Shown: positions 1 through 7,642 of the stretch, piece after piece
Position numbering within the stretch: position 1 is the first letter of the stretch
Layout of the letters: every line of letters begins with the position of its first letter
Assembly (NCBI GenBank): GCA_016712175.1
Contig: JADJRQ010000004.1
Location: forward strand, 47,843 to 71,842
Length of the DNA stretch: 24,000 nt
Direction: 5' to 3'
Origin: Solirubrobacterales bacterium
Lineage (GTDB): Bacteria > Actinomycetota > Thermoleophilia > Solirubrobacterales > 70-9
Notes under the pieces: model-generated
What the model saw: the letters and a program-made list of their open reading frames with translations, nothing else
The model's database searches: none
What the model was told of the DNA's origin: nothing
Translations under genes and position numbers: made by a program

Positions 1-2170
1 CCACAGGGATCAGGATCACGTTGTAGGCGAATGCCCAGAACAGGTTCTGCTTGATCGTACGCAGGGTCCTTCTCGACAGCCGGATCGCGTCGGCCGCCGC
101 GCGGAGGTCACCCGAGACGAGAGTCAGGTCGGAAGCTTCAATCGCCACATCGGCTCCAGTTCCGATCGACAGACCGAGGTCCGCCCTGGCAAGCGCGGGT
201 GCGTCATTGACCCCGTCGCCAACCATCGCGACAACCCTGCCCTCCGACTGGAGTTCACGGATCACCTCTGCCTTTTCTCCCGGCAAAACCTCTGCGACTA
301 CCCGGTCGATACCGACCTGGGTCGCGACCGCCCTCGCCGTGGACCCGTTGTCGCCGGTCAGGAGCACAGGCTCGAGACCCAGTTCTTTCAGCCGGCAGAC
401 CGCTTCGGCGCTCGACTCCTTGACGGAGTCGGCAACCAGGAACACAGCCTGGGCCCCTCCGTTCCAGGCTGCGACGATCGCCGTCCTTCCTTCGTTTTCT
501 GCGGACTCGCGCGCAGCCTCGAGTTCAGGCGAAATTGACTTGCCCCGTTCAGACAGGAAAGAAGACCTGCCGACCGTCAGCACCTTGCCGTCAACTTCAC
601 CCTCCACCCCGAGTCCGGCGTGATTTGAGAAGGATTCGATTCCGGGCAGGTCAACGAAGCGGGTTCGGGCCTCCTGGGCAATCGCCCGCGCGATCGGATG
701 TTCGGATCCATCCTCGAGTGCGCCGACCAGCCGCAATGCCTCGTCCTGACCGACTCCGTCGGCGGTCACGATGTCCGACAGGCCCATCCGACCGGTGGTC
801 ACGGTGCCGGTCTTGTCGAGCACGATCGTGTCCACCTGGCGGGTTGACTCGAGGACCTCGGGTCCTTTGATGAGGAGACCGATCTGGGCGCCACGGCCGG
901 TTCCGACAAGCAAGGCAATCGGGGTGGCGAGTCCCAGGGCACAGGGGCAGGCGATGATCAGCACGGCGACTGCGGCCGTGATCGCGTACGAGGTACCTGC
1001 GTCAGCAGCAAGCCAGAATCCGAGGGTGGCGACCGACAGGACGATCACCACAGGCACGAACACTGCGGAGATCCGGTCAGCAAGCCGTTGGACCGGAGCC
1101 TTGCCGGACTGGGCATCGGTGACGAGCCGGGCGATCCTCGCAAGTGCGGTGTCATCGCCGACCCGCGTCGCCCGGACAAGCAGGCGCCCACCCGAATTGA
1201 TGGTTGCGCCGGTAACCGGATCGCCCGGAGCGACCTCAACCGGTACCGATTCACCGGTCAGCATGGATTGGTCCACCGCGGAATGTCCTTCGACAACCTC
1301 TCCGTCCGTGGCGATCTTTTCGCCGGGACGCACCACGAAAGTCTGACCGGATTTGAGTTCACTGATCGGGATCAGTCTCTCCGCACCGCCCTCGATAACC
1401 GCTACTTCCTTCGCTCCGAGTTCAAGCAGAGCCTTGAGGGCAGCACCGGCGTTCCGCTTGGCCCGGGTCTCGAAGTAACGTCCGGCGAGGATAAAGGTGA
1501 TGACGATGGCGGCCACTTCGAAGTAAACGTCGGACCCGCCCGCACCCTGCTCTGGAATCAGCTGGAAGGTCATCGTCATCCCGGGTTCGCCGGCCCCGAG
1601 GAAGAAGAGAGCGGCAACGGACCAGAAGTAGGCGGTCAGTGTCCCCAGAGAAATCAGAGTGTCCATCGTCGCGGAGCCGTGCCGCAGGTTCTGCCACGTC
1701 GCCCGGTGGAACGGCAAGGCGCACCAGAAGACCACCGGGGTTGCCAGGACGAGGCTGACCCACTGCCAGTACTCGAACTGGAGCGCGGGAATCATCGCCA
1801 TGAAGAGAACCGGAACGGACAGGATCACCGAGACGGTCAGGCGCTGTCGCCAGTCCCGCAACTCCGGGTCGACGTGGCCGTGACTTTCGTCTTCTGACGC
1901 TTGGTCACGGTCGCCTTCAGGCAGACTTGCCCGGTAGCCGGCCGCCTCGACAGCGGCCACGAGGTCGCTGGGGGCAACCGTCTCCGGATCGAACCTGACG
2001 GTCGCGCTTTCGGTGGCGAAGTTGACGGTGGCGTCGACGCCTTCGAGCTCATTCAGGTTGCGTTCGACGCGACTGACACAGGATGCACAAGTCATTCCCG
2101 CCACGGGCAGGTCGAACGACTCCTCCGAAGCTTCGGAACTCACTGGCTTCGATTTCGTTGTGTCGCGCAT
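1..2170 (-). CDS. copA: Copper-translocating P1B-1-type ATPase (CopA-like); C-terminal end cut by the window edge
   Basis: Absent from the ORF track because it runs off base 1. Reverse-strand reading from ATG 2170..2168 (AAGGA 6 nt upstream) gives [39 protein letters not shown]... It contains the HMA motif GMTCASC (Met codon 2095..2093), the CPC motif in [13 protein letters not shown] (TGC 949..947), the phosphorylation site DKTGTVT (GAC 817..815) and the hinge [12 protein letters not shown] (232..203). All are in phase with the ATG (offsets divisible by 3). The + strand ORFs 51..1897 are antisense shadows. Confidence 0.93.
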   Translation of the reverse strand, partial: MRDTTKSKPVSSEASEESFDLPVAGMTCASCVSRVERNLNELEGVDATVNFATESATVRFDPETVAPSDLVAAVEAAGYRASLPEGDRDQASEDESHGHVDPELRDWRQRLTVSVILSVPVLFMAMIPALQFEYWQWVSLVLATPVVFWCALPFHRATWQNLRHGSATMDTLISLGTLTAYFWSVAALFFLGAGEPGMTMTFQLIPEQGAGGSDVYFEVAAIVITFILAGRYFETRAKRNAGAALKALLELGAKEVAVIEGGAERLIPISELKSGQTFVVRPGEKIATDGEVVEGHSAVDQSMLTGESVPVEVAPGDPVTGATINSGGRLLVRATRVGDDTALARIARLVTDAQSGKAPVQRLADRISAVFVPVVIVLSVATLGFWLAADAGTSYAITAAVAVLIIACPCALGLATPIALLVGTGRGAQIGLLIKGPEVLESTRQVDTIVLDKTGTVTTGRMGLSDIVTADGVGQDEALRLVGALEDGSEHPIARAIAQEARTRFVDLPGIESFSNHAGLGVEGEVDGKVLTVGRSSFLSERGKSISPELEAARESAENEGRTAIVAAWNGGAQAVFLVADSVKESSAEAVCRLKELGLEPVLLTGDNGSTARAVATQVGIDRVVAEVLPGEKAEVIRELQSEGRVVAMVGDGVNDAPALARADLGLSIGTGADVAIEASDLTLVSGDLRAAADAIRLSRRTLRTIKQNLFWAFAYNVILIPV

Positions 2171-2192
2171 CTCGATCCTTACCTTGAGCTTC

Positions 2193-2205
2193 TACCCACA
2201 GGGTA
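2193..2205. promoter_or_regulatory. Candidate CsoR operator, inverted repeat TACCC-aca-GGGTA
   Basis: Perfect 5+5 bp inverted repeat with a 3-nt spacer in the 79-bp copA/DUF4396 divergent intergenic region. It has the same arms as the second site, whose centre is 34 bp away. A CsoR-family repressor is encoded in the adjacent operon. Assignment to CsoR is inference. Confidence 0.5.
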
Positions 2206-2225
2206 CTTTCAAGGACACCGTAGCA

Positions 2226-2240
2226 TACCCCTGGGGGGTA
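2226..2240. promoter_or_regulatory. Candidate CsoR operator, inverted repeat TACCCC-tgg-GGGGTA
   Basis: Perfect 6+6 bp G/C-tract inverted repeat, 10 nt upstream of ATG 2250. It resembles the TACCC...GGGTA pseudo-palindromes I recall for CsoR operators in Firmicutes and Actinobacteria. Confidence 0.55.
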
Positions 2241-2249
2241 CCTGATACG

Positions 2250-2849
2250 ATGCCCGGCATGGCCGCAAACCAGGAGCATGCGATCGCAACATCCCACGCA
2301 GGGCACGAGATGCCGACCGGAGGCCGAGAGCTAACCACCCTTTCCGTGAGCGCCACCCTCCACTGTCTGACCGGATGCGCACTTGGCGAGATCGCCGGCA
2401 TGGCCATTGGAACTGCCCTCGGCTTCTCCAACCCTGGGACCGTGATCCTCTCGATCGTGCTCGCGTTCGCCTTCGGCTATAGCCTGACCAGCCTGCCCCT
2501 GCTCAAGTCCGGCCTCGCGCTGGCTACTGTCATCCCGATTGCCCTGGCCTCCGACACCTTTTCGATCGCGACCATGGAAGTGGTCGACAACCTGATCATG
2601 GTCGTCGTACCGGGAGCCTTGAATGCAGGACTGAACAGCATTCTCTTCTGGGGCTCGCTGTCGTTCGCGCTGGCGGTGGCGTTCGTCTTCGCCGTTCCGG
2701 TCAACCGTTGGCTGATCGCTCGCGGGAAAGGACACACCGCGGTTCACAAGACAGGGGTCCACGGCGGTCCCCCGGTCCGCCTGGTCGGAGCAATTACCAT
2801 CACGGCCTTCCTTTTCGGATCCGCGGTTCTACTCATGGAGGTGTTCTAG
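2250..2849 (+). CDS. DUF4396-like polytopic membrane protein with Cys/His metal motif
   Basis: ORF-track frame 2013..2849 trimmed to ATG 2250, because the upstream part overlaps the copA start and the operators. It has a His/Met-rich N-terminus (HAIATSHAGHEMP), the motif HCLTGCALGE that I associate with DUF4396, and several hydrophobic helices. Its stop TAG abuts the csoR ATG (TAGATG). Confidence 0.75.
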   Translation: MPGMAANQEHAIATSHAGHEMPTGGRELTTLSVSATLHCLTGCALGEIAGMAIGTALGFSNPGTVILSIVLAFAFGYSLTSLPLLKSGLALATVIPIALASDTFSIATMEVVDNLIMVVVPGALNAGLNSILFWGSLSFALAVAFVFAVPVNRWLIARGKGHTAVHKTGVHGGPPVRLVGAITITAFLFGSAVLLMEVF

Positions 2850-3143
2850 ATGACAACCGAATCAGCAACACACGGATACACCGCCGACAAGGACGCGCTC
2901 CTGAAGCGCCTGCGCCGAATCGAAGGTCAGGTTCGAGGAGTGGAGAAGATGGTCGACGAAGACCGCTACTGCATCGACATCGTCACCCAGATTTCAGCCG
3001 CCCAGGCCGCCCTCGACAAGGTTGCGCTTGGCTTGCTCGAAGACCACACCCGCCACTGCGTGATCGGCGGCGAGGCCGGGCTTCAGGAAGAACGGACTGA
3101 AGAACTCATGGGTGCCGTGCGCCGGTTGGTCAAGCACGGCTAG
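2850..3143 (+). CDS. csoR: CsoR/RcnR-family (DUF156) copper-sensing transcriptional repressor
   Basis: 97 aa with the typical LLKRLRRIEGQVRGVEKM start. The Cu(I) ligand pattern Cys...His-x3-Cys is present (RYCIDI ... HTRHC). The gene is translationally coupled to the upstream membrane protein and divergent from copA. Confidence 0.9.
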   Translation: MTTESATHGYTADKDALLKRLRRIEGQVRGVEKMVDEDRYCIDIVTQISAAQAALDKVALGLLEDHTRHCVIGGEAGLQEERTEELMGAVRRLVKHG

Positions 3144-3167
3144 TTGCTGCGGCAGGGCGAAGAAAAG

Positions 3168-4325
3168 CTAGCGCCTGATCCTGAATCGTTTCTTTGCCGG
3201 CGTCGGATCGGTCTTTCCGGCGGAGGTTGCCTTCACCCGGAACCTGTGTTTCCCGGACTTCAGGTGCCTGTAGGCCCGCGGTGATTTGCATTTTCTGAAC
3301 GGCCGCCGGTCGAGGCTGCAGCGGAACCTGGAACCAGCGACGCTGGACTTGAACCGGAACTTCGCCTTGCGCTTGGCTCTCTTCACCACCGACTTCCGGA
3401 TCCTGGTCTGCGGGACCACCTTGGGTTTGGGACTTTCCACCGTAGGCCGGGGACTTTCGGGAACCTTGGATAGCACCTTCTCGGTCTGCTCCGCCATCTT
3501 CGCTTCGCCCAGGGCGTTCGGGTGGACGATCACCGGATTGGTCCCGGCCAGGACAGGCTCGACCCAGCGGGTACCGATCGGCTTGCAGGCATCGTGTCCT
3601 TCGGAAACCCCGTTCAGGTTCACGAACGTGACCCCGGTCGCTGACGCCGCGCGACGGACCGCATCGTTCAAGGTTGTCTGGAGCAACCGGAGGTAAGGAA
3701 CGTCCCCCGTTGCAATGGGCATCGTCGGGAAGCAGCCGCCGGTCTTCGGTGTGATCCAGGGGTAACTCAGGATCGCGACCCTCGCCTTCGGCGACTTCTT
3801 CCGCACGGCATCAAGGGCTTTGACGAGTGATGGATAGGTCGTGTTCCGGATCGTGTCTTCGAACGAACTTCCGTATTTGTCCTTGCAGGGGCTGCCCGTT
3901 CCGAGAGTCGACAGGCCGGAGGAACCGCAGTAGAGGATGGCGTTGATGAAGACACCGCTGTCGTTGCCACCGATGGTCATCGTTACCAGCTCGGTATCGG
4001 GCTTGAGTGCGTCGAGCTGGGGCTTCATCCCGGGGTATTGGGGTTTGAAGAAGTGGGTCGTGTCGGCCGCACCGCAGGTCACGTCGTCAAGCTTTGCGCC
4101 GATCTTCTTCGCCAGCACCTGAGGGTAGTTCTGAGTAGAACGGAGGCACTGGGGAGCCGTCGGATCGACGGGAAGGACTCCGGAAGCTGCGCTGTACGAG
4201 TCGCCAAGTGCGACGTACTTGACGGGCGTGGACGCAGCATTTGCCGGCCCACTTGCCAGGACGAACCCGGAACAGGCAGCAACCAGGGCGATCAAACCGG
4301 CAACTCGACGACTTCGGAACTTCAT
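3168..4325 (-). CDS. Secreted SGNH/GDSL hydrolase (Streptomyces-type lipase/esterase) with a Lys/Arg-rich C-terminal domain
   Basis: 385-aa ORF with AGGAGG 4 nt upstream of ATG 4325. It has a signal peptide (MKFRSRRVAGLIALVAACSG..ANA) and SGNH blocks GDSYS, TIGGND and VHPN. The last ~100 aa are a Pro-rich linker plus a very basic domain. Confidence 0.85.
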   Translation of the reverse strand: MKFRSRRVAGLIALVAACSGFVLASGPANAASTPVKYVALGDSYSAASGVLPVDPTAPQCLRSTQNYPQVLAKKIGAKLDDVTCGAADTTHFFKPQYPGMKPQLDALKPDTELVTMTIGGNDSGVFINAILYCGSSGLSTLGTGSPCKDKYGSSFEDTIRNTTYPSLVKALDAVRKKSPKARVAILSYPWITPKTGGCFPTMPIATGDVPYLRLLQTTLNDAVRRAASATGVTFVNLNGVSEGHDACKPIGTRWVEPVLAGTNPVIVHPNALGEAKMAEQTEKVLSKVPESPRPTVESPKPKVVPQTRIRKSVVKRAKRKAKFRFKSSVAGSRFRCSLDRRPFRKCKSPRAYRHLKSGKHRFRVKATSAGKTDPTPAKKRFRIRR

Positions 4326-4343
4326 CCATCCTCCTAAGGAAAT

Positions 4344-4360
4344 AGAAACAAGGTGTTTCT
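4344..4360. promoter_or_regulatory. AT-rich perfect inverted repeat AGAAACA-agg-TGTTTCT between the heliorhodopsin stop and the SGNH start
   Basis: 7-bp arms and a 3-nt loop, inside the only markedly AT-rich spacer of this region (4326..4410), 19 nt upstream of the SGNH start codon. It could be a weak terminator for the upstream gene or an operator for the SGNH gene. Function not determinable from sequence. Confidence 0.3.
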
Positions 4361-4410
4361 GACTCCTGGTTCAATACCCGCACGACGGATGAATCAACCA
4401 TCCCGGCAGG

Positions 4411-5184
4411 TCAGGATCCGGCCAGGGCACCTGAATACACCTGGATCGCCAGTGCGGTTTTCGCGGTGATACTCAGCCAGACGTAAACCTTCTCGGAGAA
4501 CAGCGGGTCCTTCCAGCGGCCGCGCCTGCGGTACGAGAGCCACATGTTGACCGCGAAGCAGTTGAAGAGAATGAACAGGGACACGAAGATCCCATAGACG
4601 AAGCCGGGAATGCCCCGGCCGCTGGTCTCGGCGAGGATGAACTGGATGATGATCGCGATCCAGGGAACCGCGCCGATCACGCAGCCAAGAATGAAAGGCG
4701 TCCAGTCGACGCGCTCCCGATCCAGATTGGCGCGCTCCATCACCAGGCCAAAGAAGATCATCGCCGCATTGGCGCCGAAGATGGCGATCAGGGCAGTTAC
4801 GTCCTTCACCCCGGTCAGCATCGCGATCAGCACAATCATCACGGACGCACTGATCGAGTACTCGTACCACCGGAAAGGGTTCTGTCCTCGCTCTACGTTG
4901 GACTCGTACCGTCCCCGGGCGACCGTTCCGACGACCAGGTGATCGACGGCCGCGAGCGCGAGGAAAAGGGCGACGATCAGATCGATCCGGAGATCAAATA
5001 TCTGGGTGCTCCCGTAGTCACCGGCGCCGGGTGGGCCGACCAGAAACGACCCGACCACAGGAAGGCTGACCGGTTCGGCCAGAACCAGGAGCACCACCAC
5101 CTGCACGGTGAAGAAAACAGCTGCGAACCGGTTCAGGCGACTGAGCCGGGCGAGAGAGCTTCGGGGTTCAGACTTGTCTGCCAA
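4411..5184 (-). CDS. Heliorhodopsin (7-TM retinal-binding protein, inverted topology)
   Basis: 257-aa ORF with TTG start 5184 (AGGG 5 nt upstream) and seven hydrophobic helices. It resembles heliorhodopsin 48C12 as I recall it, block by block. FLVGPPGAG matches YLNGPPGTT. NPFRWYEYSISASVMIVLIA matches NIFRWVEYSLSSSVMIVLIA and carries the counter-ion Glu. AIFGANAAMIFFG matches AIFGVNASMILFG. GCVIGAVPWIA matches GCIAGIVPWIG. IPGFVYGIFVSLFILFNCFA matches VPGFVYGIIISLFLFFNSFA. WLSITAKTALAIQVYSGAL matches VLSLVAKSALAWQIFSGTL and carries the Schiff-base Lys. Confidence 0.9.
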   Translation of the reverse strand: MADKSEPRSSLARLSRLNRFAAVFFTVQVVVLLVLAEPVSLPVVGSFLVGPPGAGDYGSTQIFDLRIDLIVALFLALAAVDHLVVGTVARGRYESNVERGQNPFRWYEYSISASVMIVLIAMLTGVKDVTALIAIFGANAAMIFFGLVMERANLDRERVDWTPFILGCVIGAVPWIAIIIQFILAETSGRGIPGFVYGIFVSLFILFNCFAVNMWLSYRRRGRWKDPLFSEKVYVWLSITAKTALAIQVYSGALAGS

Positions 5185-5218
5185 GGGACCCTGACACTAC
5201 AACCCGGCGTTGCCCGGG

Positions 5219-5620
5219 CTACTGACCTTCATTCACTTCGGAGGCCCGCTCGCGCACGTGGGCCTTTTCATCGATCGTCAACGCGCCCGGGTGTCCCCGC
5301 CCGGGCCAGGGCGTCAGCAGGAGCAGAAAACGCGAATCCTCATGCGCGTCAACGCGGTGACGCTCCGAGGGTTCAAACTCAACGAACAGGCCGGGTCCGC
5401 CAGAAACGCTTTCCACTGGTGATGACGCGAGTGCCGTGACTTCAAGTTCGCCCTGGACCACGACCAGCCAGGCCCGCTCATGCACTTCGTGGTCTTCCAT
5501 GCTTTCCCCGGCCGGCAAGTCGACGACGATCGCCCGCGCATCGTCGGTCGATTCAAGGATCTCGGGCTTCCGGGGCTGCGTATCCAGTTCGTTGATCTTC
5601 CAGGTCTTCACGACACCCAC
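5219..5620 (-). CDS. Small cupin-fold protein (putative)
   Basis: 133-aa ORF. Cupin-like motif regions are GESMEDHEVHERAWLVVVQGELEV and GLFVEFEPSERHRV. The start is GTG 5620 or GTG 5611 and no strong RBS is visible. It ends 34 nt upstream of the heliorhodopsin start on the same strand. Family call from pattern only. Confidence 0.6.
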   Translation of the reverse strand: MGVVKTWKINELDTQPRKPEILESTDDARAIVVDLPAGESMEDHEVHERAWLVVVQGELEVTALASSPVESVSGGPGLFVEFEPSERHRVDAHEDSRFLLLLTPWPGRGHPGALTIDEKAHVRERASEVNEGQ

Positions 5621-5699
5621 TCAGGTTCGGGGACGATTTCGCTTCTCAGACTAGTGGACGTCAGCCGGTCATTCTCGTCGAAGGGACGCACTTTCTCCC

Positions 5700-7580
5700 T
5701 TGCCCGGTGATAATTCGGCTGTGACGCCGACGGACCTCCTCGACAAAGACCGGCATTTCCTGCTCTCGCTGTCCATTTTCGCTGCGATCGTGGTCGGTGG
5801 AGCCTTTTCAATCTCGTGGAACGGCTCGGTTGCTGATCTGATCTGGGCCGTCGCGATCGTGGTGTCGATCATCCCGCTGACCATGAGCACGACCCGGAGC
5901 CTGCTGAAGGGTGACGTCGGTGTCGACGTCATCGCCCTTCTGGCCATGGCCGGCGCCCTGGCTCTCGGTGAATACCTGGCCGGCGCCGTGGTCGCGTTGA
6001 TGATGTCCGGGGGCGGTGCCCTCGAGGCCTACGCCGACCAGCGGGCCCGGCGGGAGCTGACCATGCTCCTGGAACGGGCGCCACGGGCAGCCCACCGCTA
6101 CCAGAATGACGCGCTCGAGCAGGTAGATGTCGAAGAGGTCGAAGTTGGTGATCTCGTGCTCGTTCGGACCGGCGAGGTTGTTCCGATTGACGGCACCATT
6201 GAGAGCGACGGGGCGATGCTTGACGAATCAACCCTCACCGGAGAACCTTTGCCCGTTCTCAGACACCAAAGGGAATCTGCTCGCAGCGGCATCGTCAACG
6301 CTGGATCTCCATTCGACCTGCGGGCGACACACCGCGCCGAGGACTCCACCTACAGCGCCCTGGTCTCGATCGTTCAGGCCGCCGAGCGCGAGCGCCCTCC
6401 ATTCACCCGGATGGCCGACCGCTACGCCGTCTTCTTTCTTTCCTTCACTGTGTTCCTGTGTGGCGTCGCCTGGCTGGTGAGCGGTGACCCCGTACGTGCG
6501 CTGGCTGTACTTGTAGTGGCAACGCCCTGCCCGCTGATCCTGGCCGCCCCGATTGCGATCGTCGCCGGTCTCTCGCGTGCCGCCAACCGGGGGGTGATCG
6601 TCAAGGGCGGAGGCACCATGGAACAGTTGGCCAATGCCCGGACCATGCTCCTCGACAAGACAGGAACACTCACCCTCGGCACCCCCGAGATCGAATCTGT
6701 CGAGACGATGGAAGGTACGGACCCGGATGAACTGCTGAGACTGGCGGCGTCGCTCGAACAGGCCTCGGCGCATGTTCTTGCCGAGGCGATGGTCAGGCAG
6801 GTGGCAATCCGCGGCGTGCTGCTCGAATCTCCGTCCGGCGTGGAGGAGGAGCCGGGTGGTGGAATCGACGGTCTTGTCGGCGGATATCGGGTCACGCTCG
6901 GTAGCCGGAGATATCTGAACGCCACGGGGATTCCGGTTGACCACGAAGGCCTCGACCGGCTGGAAGTGACGAGTGGACTCGGACAGGCCCGGATTGCCGT
7001 CGCCGTCGACGGCAAGTTGGCCGGAGTGATCCTGATGGGCGACCGGCTTCGCGACGACGCACCGACCCTGGTCCAGGACCTGCATTCGGAGGGGCTCACC
7101 GAAGTCGCGATGTTGACCGGCGACCGGGCCGAGATTGCCGAGGAGGTCGGGAAGCTGGCTGGCCTGGACCGGATTTACTCCGACCAGTCACCAGAGGACA
7201 AACTGGACGTTGTCCGCGAGTTCCTCGGGCGCCCCGAAGCCCGGCCGGTCGTGATGGTTGGTGATGGAGTCAACGACGCCCCGGCGATCGCTTCTGCCGA
7301 TGTCGGCATTGCGCTGGGAGCGGCGGGCGCGACAGTTTCCTCGCAAACGGCTGACGCCGTCATCGTGGTAAATCGCATCGACCGACTATTGGATGTATTG
7401 AAGATCAGCCGGAGAACGATGAGGATCGCCCGTCAAAGCGTCCTCGCCGGAATGGGCCTTAGCATCGCGGCCATGTTCTTTGCAGCTGCCGGATTCATCG
7501 AACCGGTTCAAGGCGCTTTGCTGCAGGAGGTAATCGACGTCGCCGTAATCCTCAATGCGCTTCGTGCACTGAAGGCCTGA
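5700..7580 (+). CDS. Heavy-metal P1B-type ATPase with a PCP transmembrane motif (P1B-5-like), no N-terminal metal-binding domain
   Basis: 626-aa ORF with LTGEPLP (actuator), ATPCPLILAAP (PCP instead of CPC), [22 protein letters not shown] and a last TM containing LLQEVIDV. No HMA domain, His-rich tail or hemerythrin domain is visible. Start is TTG 5700 or GTG 5721. Confidence 0.88.
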   Translation: MPGDNSAVTPTDLLDKDRHFLLSLSIFAAIVVGGAFSISWNGSVADLIWAVAIVVSIIPLTMSTTRSLLKGDVGVDVIALLAMAGALALGEYLAGAVVALMMSGGGALEAYADQRARRELTMLLERAPRAAHRYQNDALEQVDVEEVEVGDLVLVRTGEVVPIDGTIESDGAMLDESTLTGEPLPVLRHQRESARSGIVNAGSPFDLRATHRAEDSTYSALVSIVQAAERERPPFTRMADRYAVFFLSFTVFLCGVAWLVSGDPVRALAVLVVATPCPLILAAPIAIVAGLSRAANRGVIVKGGGTMEQLANARTMLLDKTGTLTLGTPEIESVETMEGTDPDELLRLAASLEQASAHVLAEAMVRQVAIRGVLLESPSGVEEEPGGGIDGLVGGYRVTLGSRRYLNATGIPVDHEGLDRLEVTSGLGQARIAVAVDGKLAGVILMGDRLRDDAPTLVQDLHSEGLTEVAMLTGDRAEIAEEVGKLAGLDRIYSDQSPEDKLDVVREFLGRPEARPVVMVGDGVNDAPAIASADVGIALGAAGATVSSQTADAVIVVNRIDRLLDVLKISRRTMRIARQSVLAGMGLSIAAMFFAAAGFIEPVQGALLQEVIDVAVILNALRALKA

Positions 7581-7642
7581 CCAGCCGGGCCGTGAGCCGC
7601 CCATCCAGGCCATTTGACCAGGAGGACCGCCCCCCGATTCGC

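Noticed and set aside
51-1897. Long + strand ORFs (51..623, 771..1346, 1088..1897 and others)
   Set aside because: They are antisense to an uninterrupted copA reading frame with all P-type ATPase motifs in phase. Their Arg/Ser/Pro/Thr-rich low-complexity products are typical high-GC shadow ORFs.
4394-4870. 158-aa alternative-frame ORF on the minus strand within the heliorhodopsin gene
   Set aside because: It overlaps the heliorhodopsin frame, which has full-length family similarity. The alternative product is Arg/Asp-rich with no features.
5203-5218. GC hairpin CCCGG-cgttgc-CCGGG right after the cupin stop as a terminator
   Set aside because: The stem is only 5 bp and there is no downstream U-tract. 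It is more likely neutral or a minor RNA structure, so cupin and heliorhodopsin are treated as probably co-transcribed.
6228-7099. Minus-strand ORFs of 285 and 225 aa inside the P1B ATPase
   Set aside because: They are antisense to a gene with DKTGT/GDGVND motifs, have no motifs of their own and show biased composition.
7581-7642. Possible bidirectional terminator between the convergent P1B ATPase and baeRF genes
   Set aside because: Only a 6-bp GGCCTG/CAGGCC pairing with a ~25-nt loop is present, with no U/A tracts. This is not convincing.
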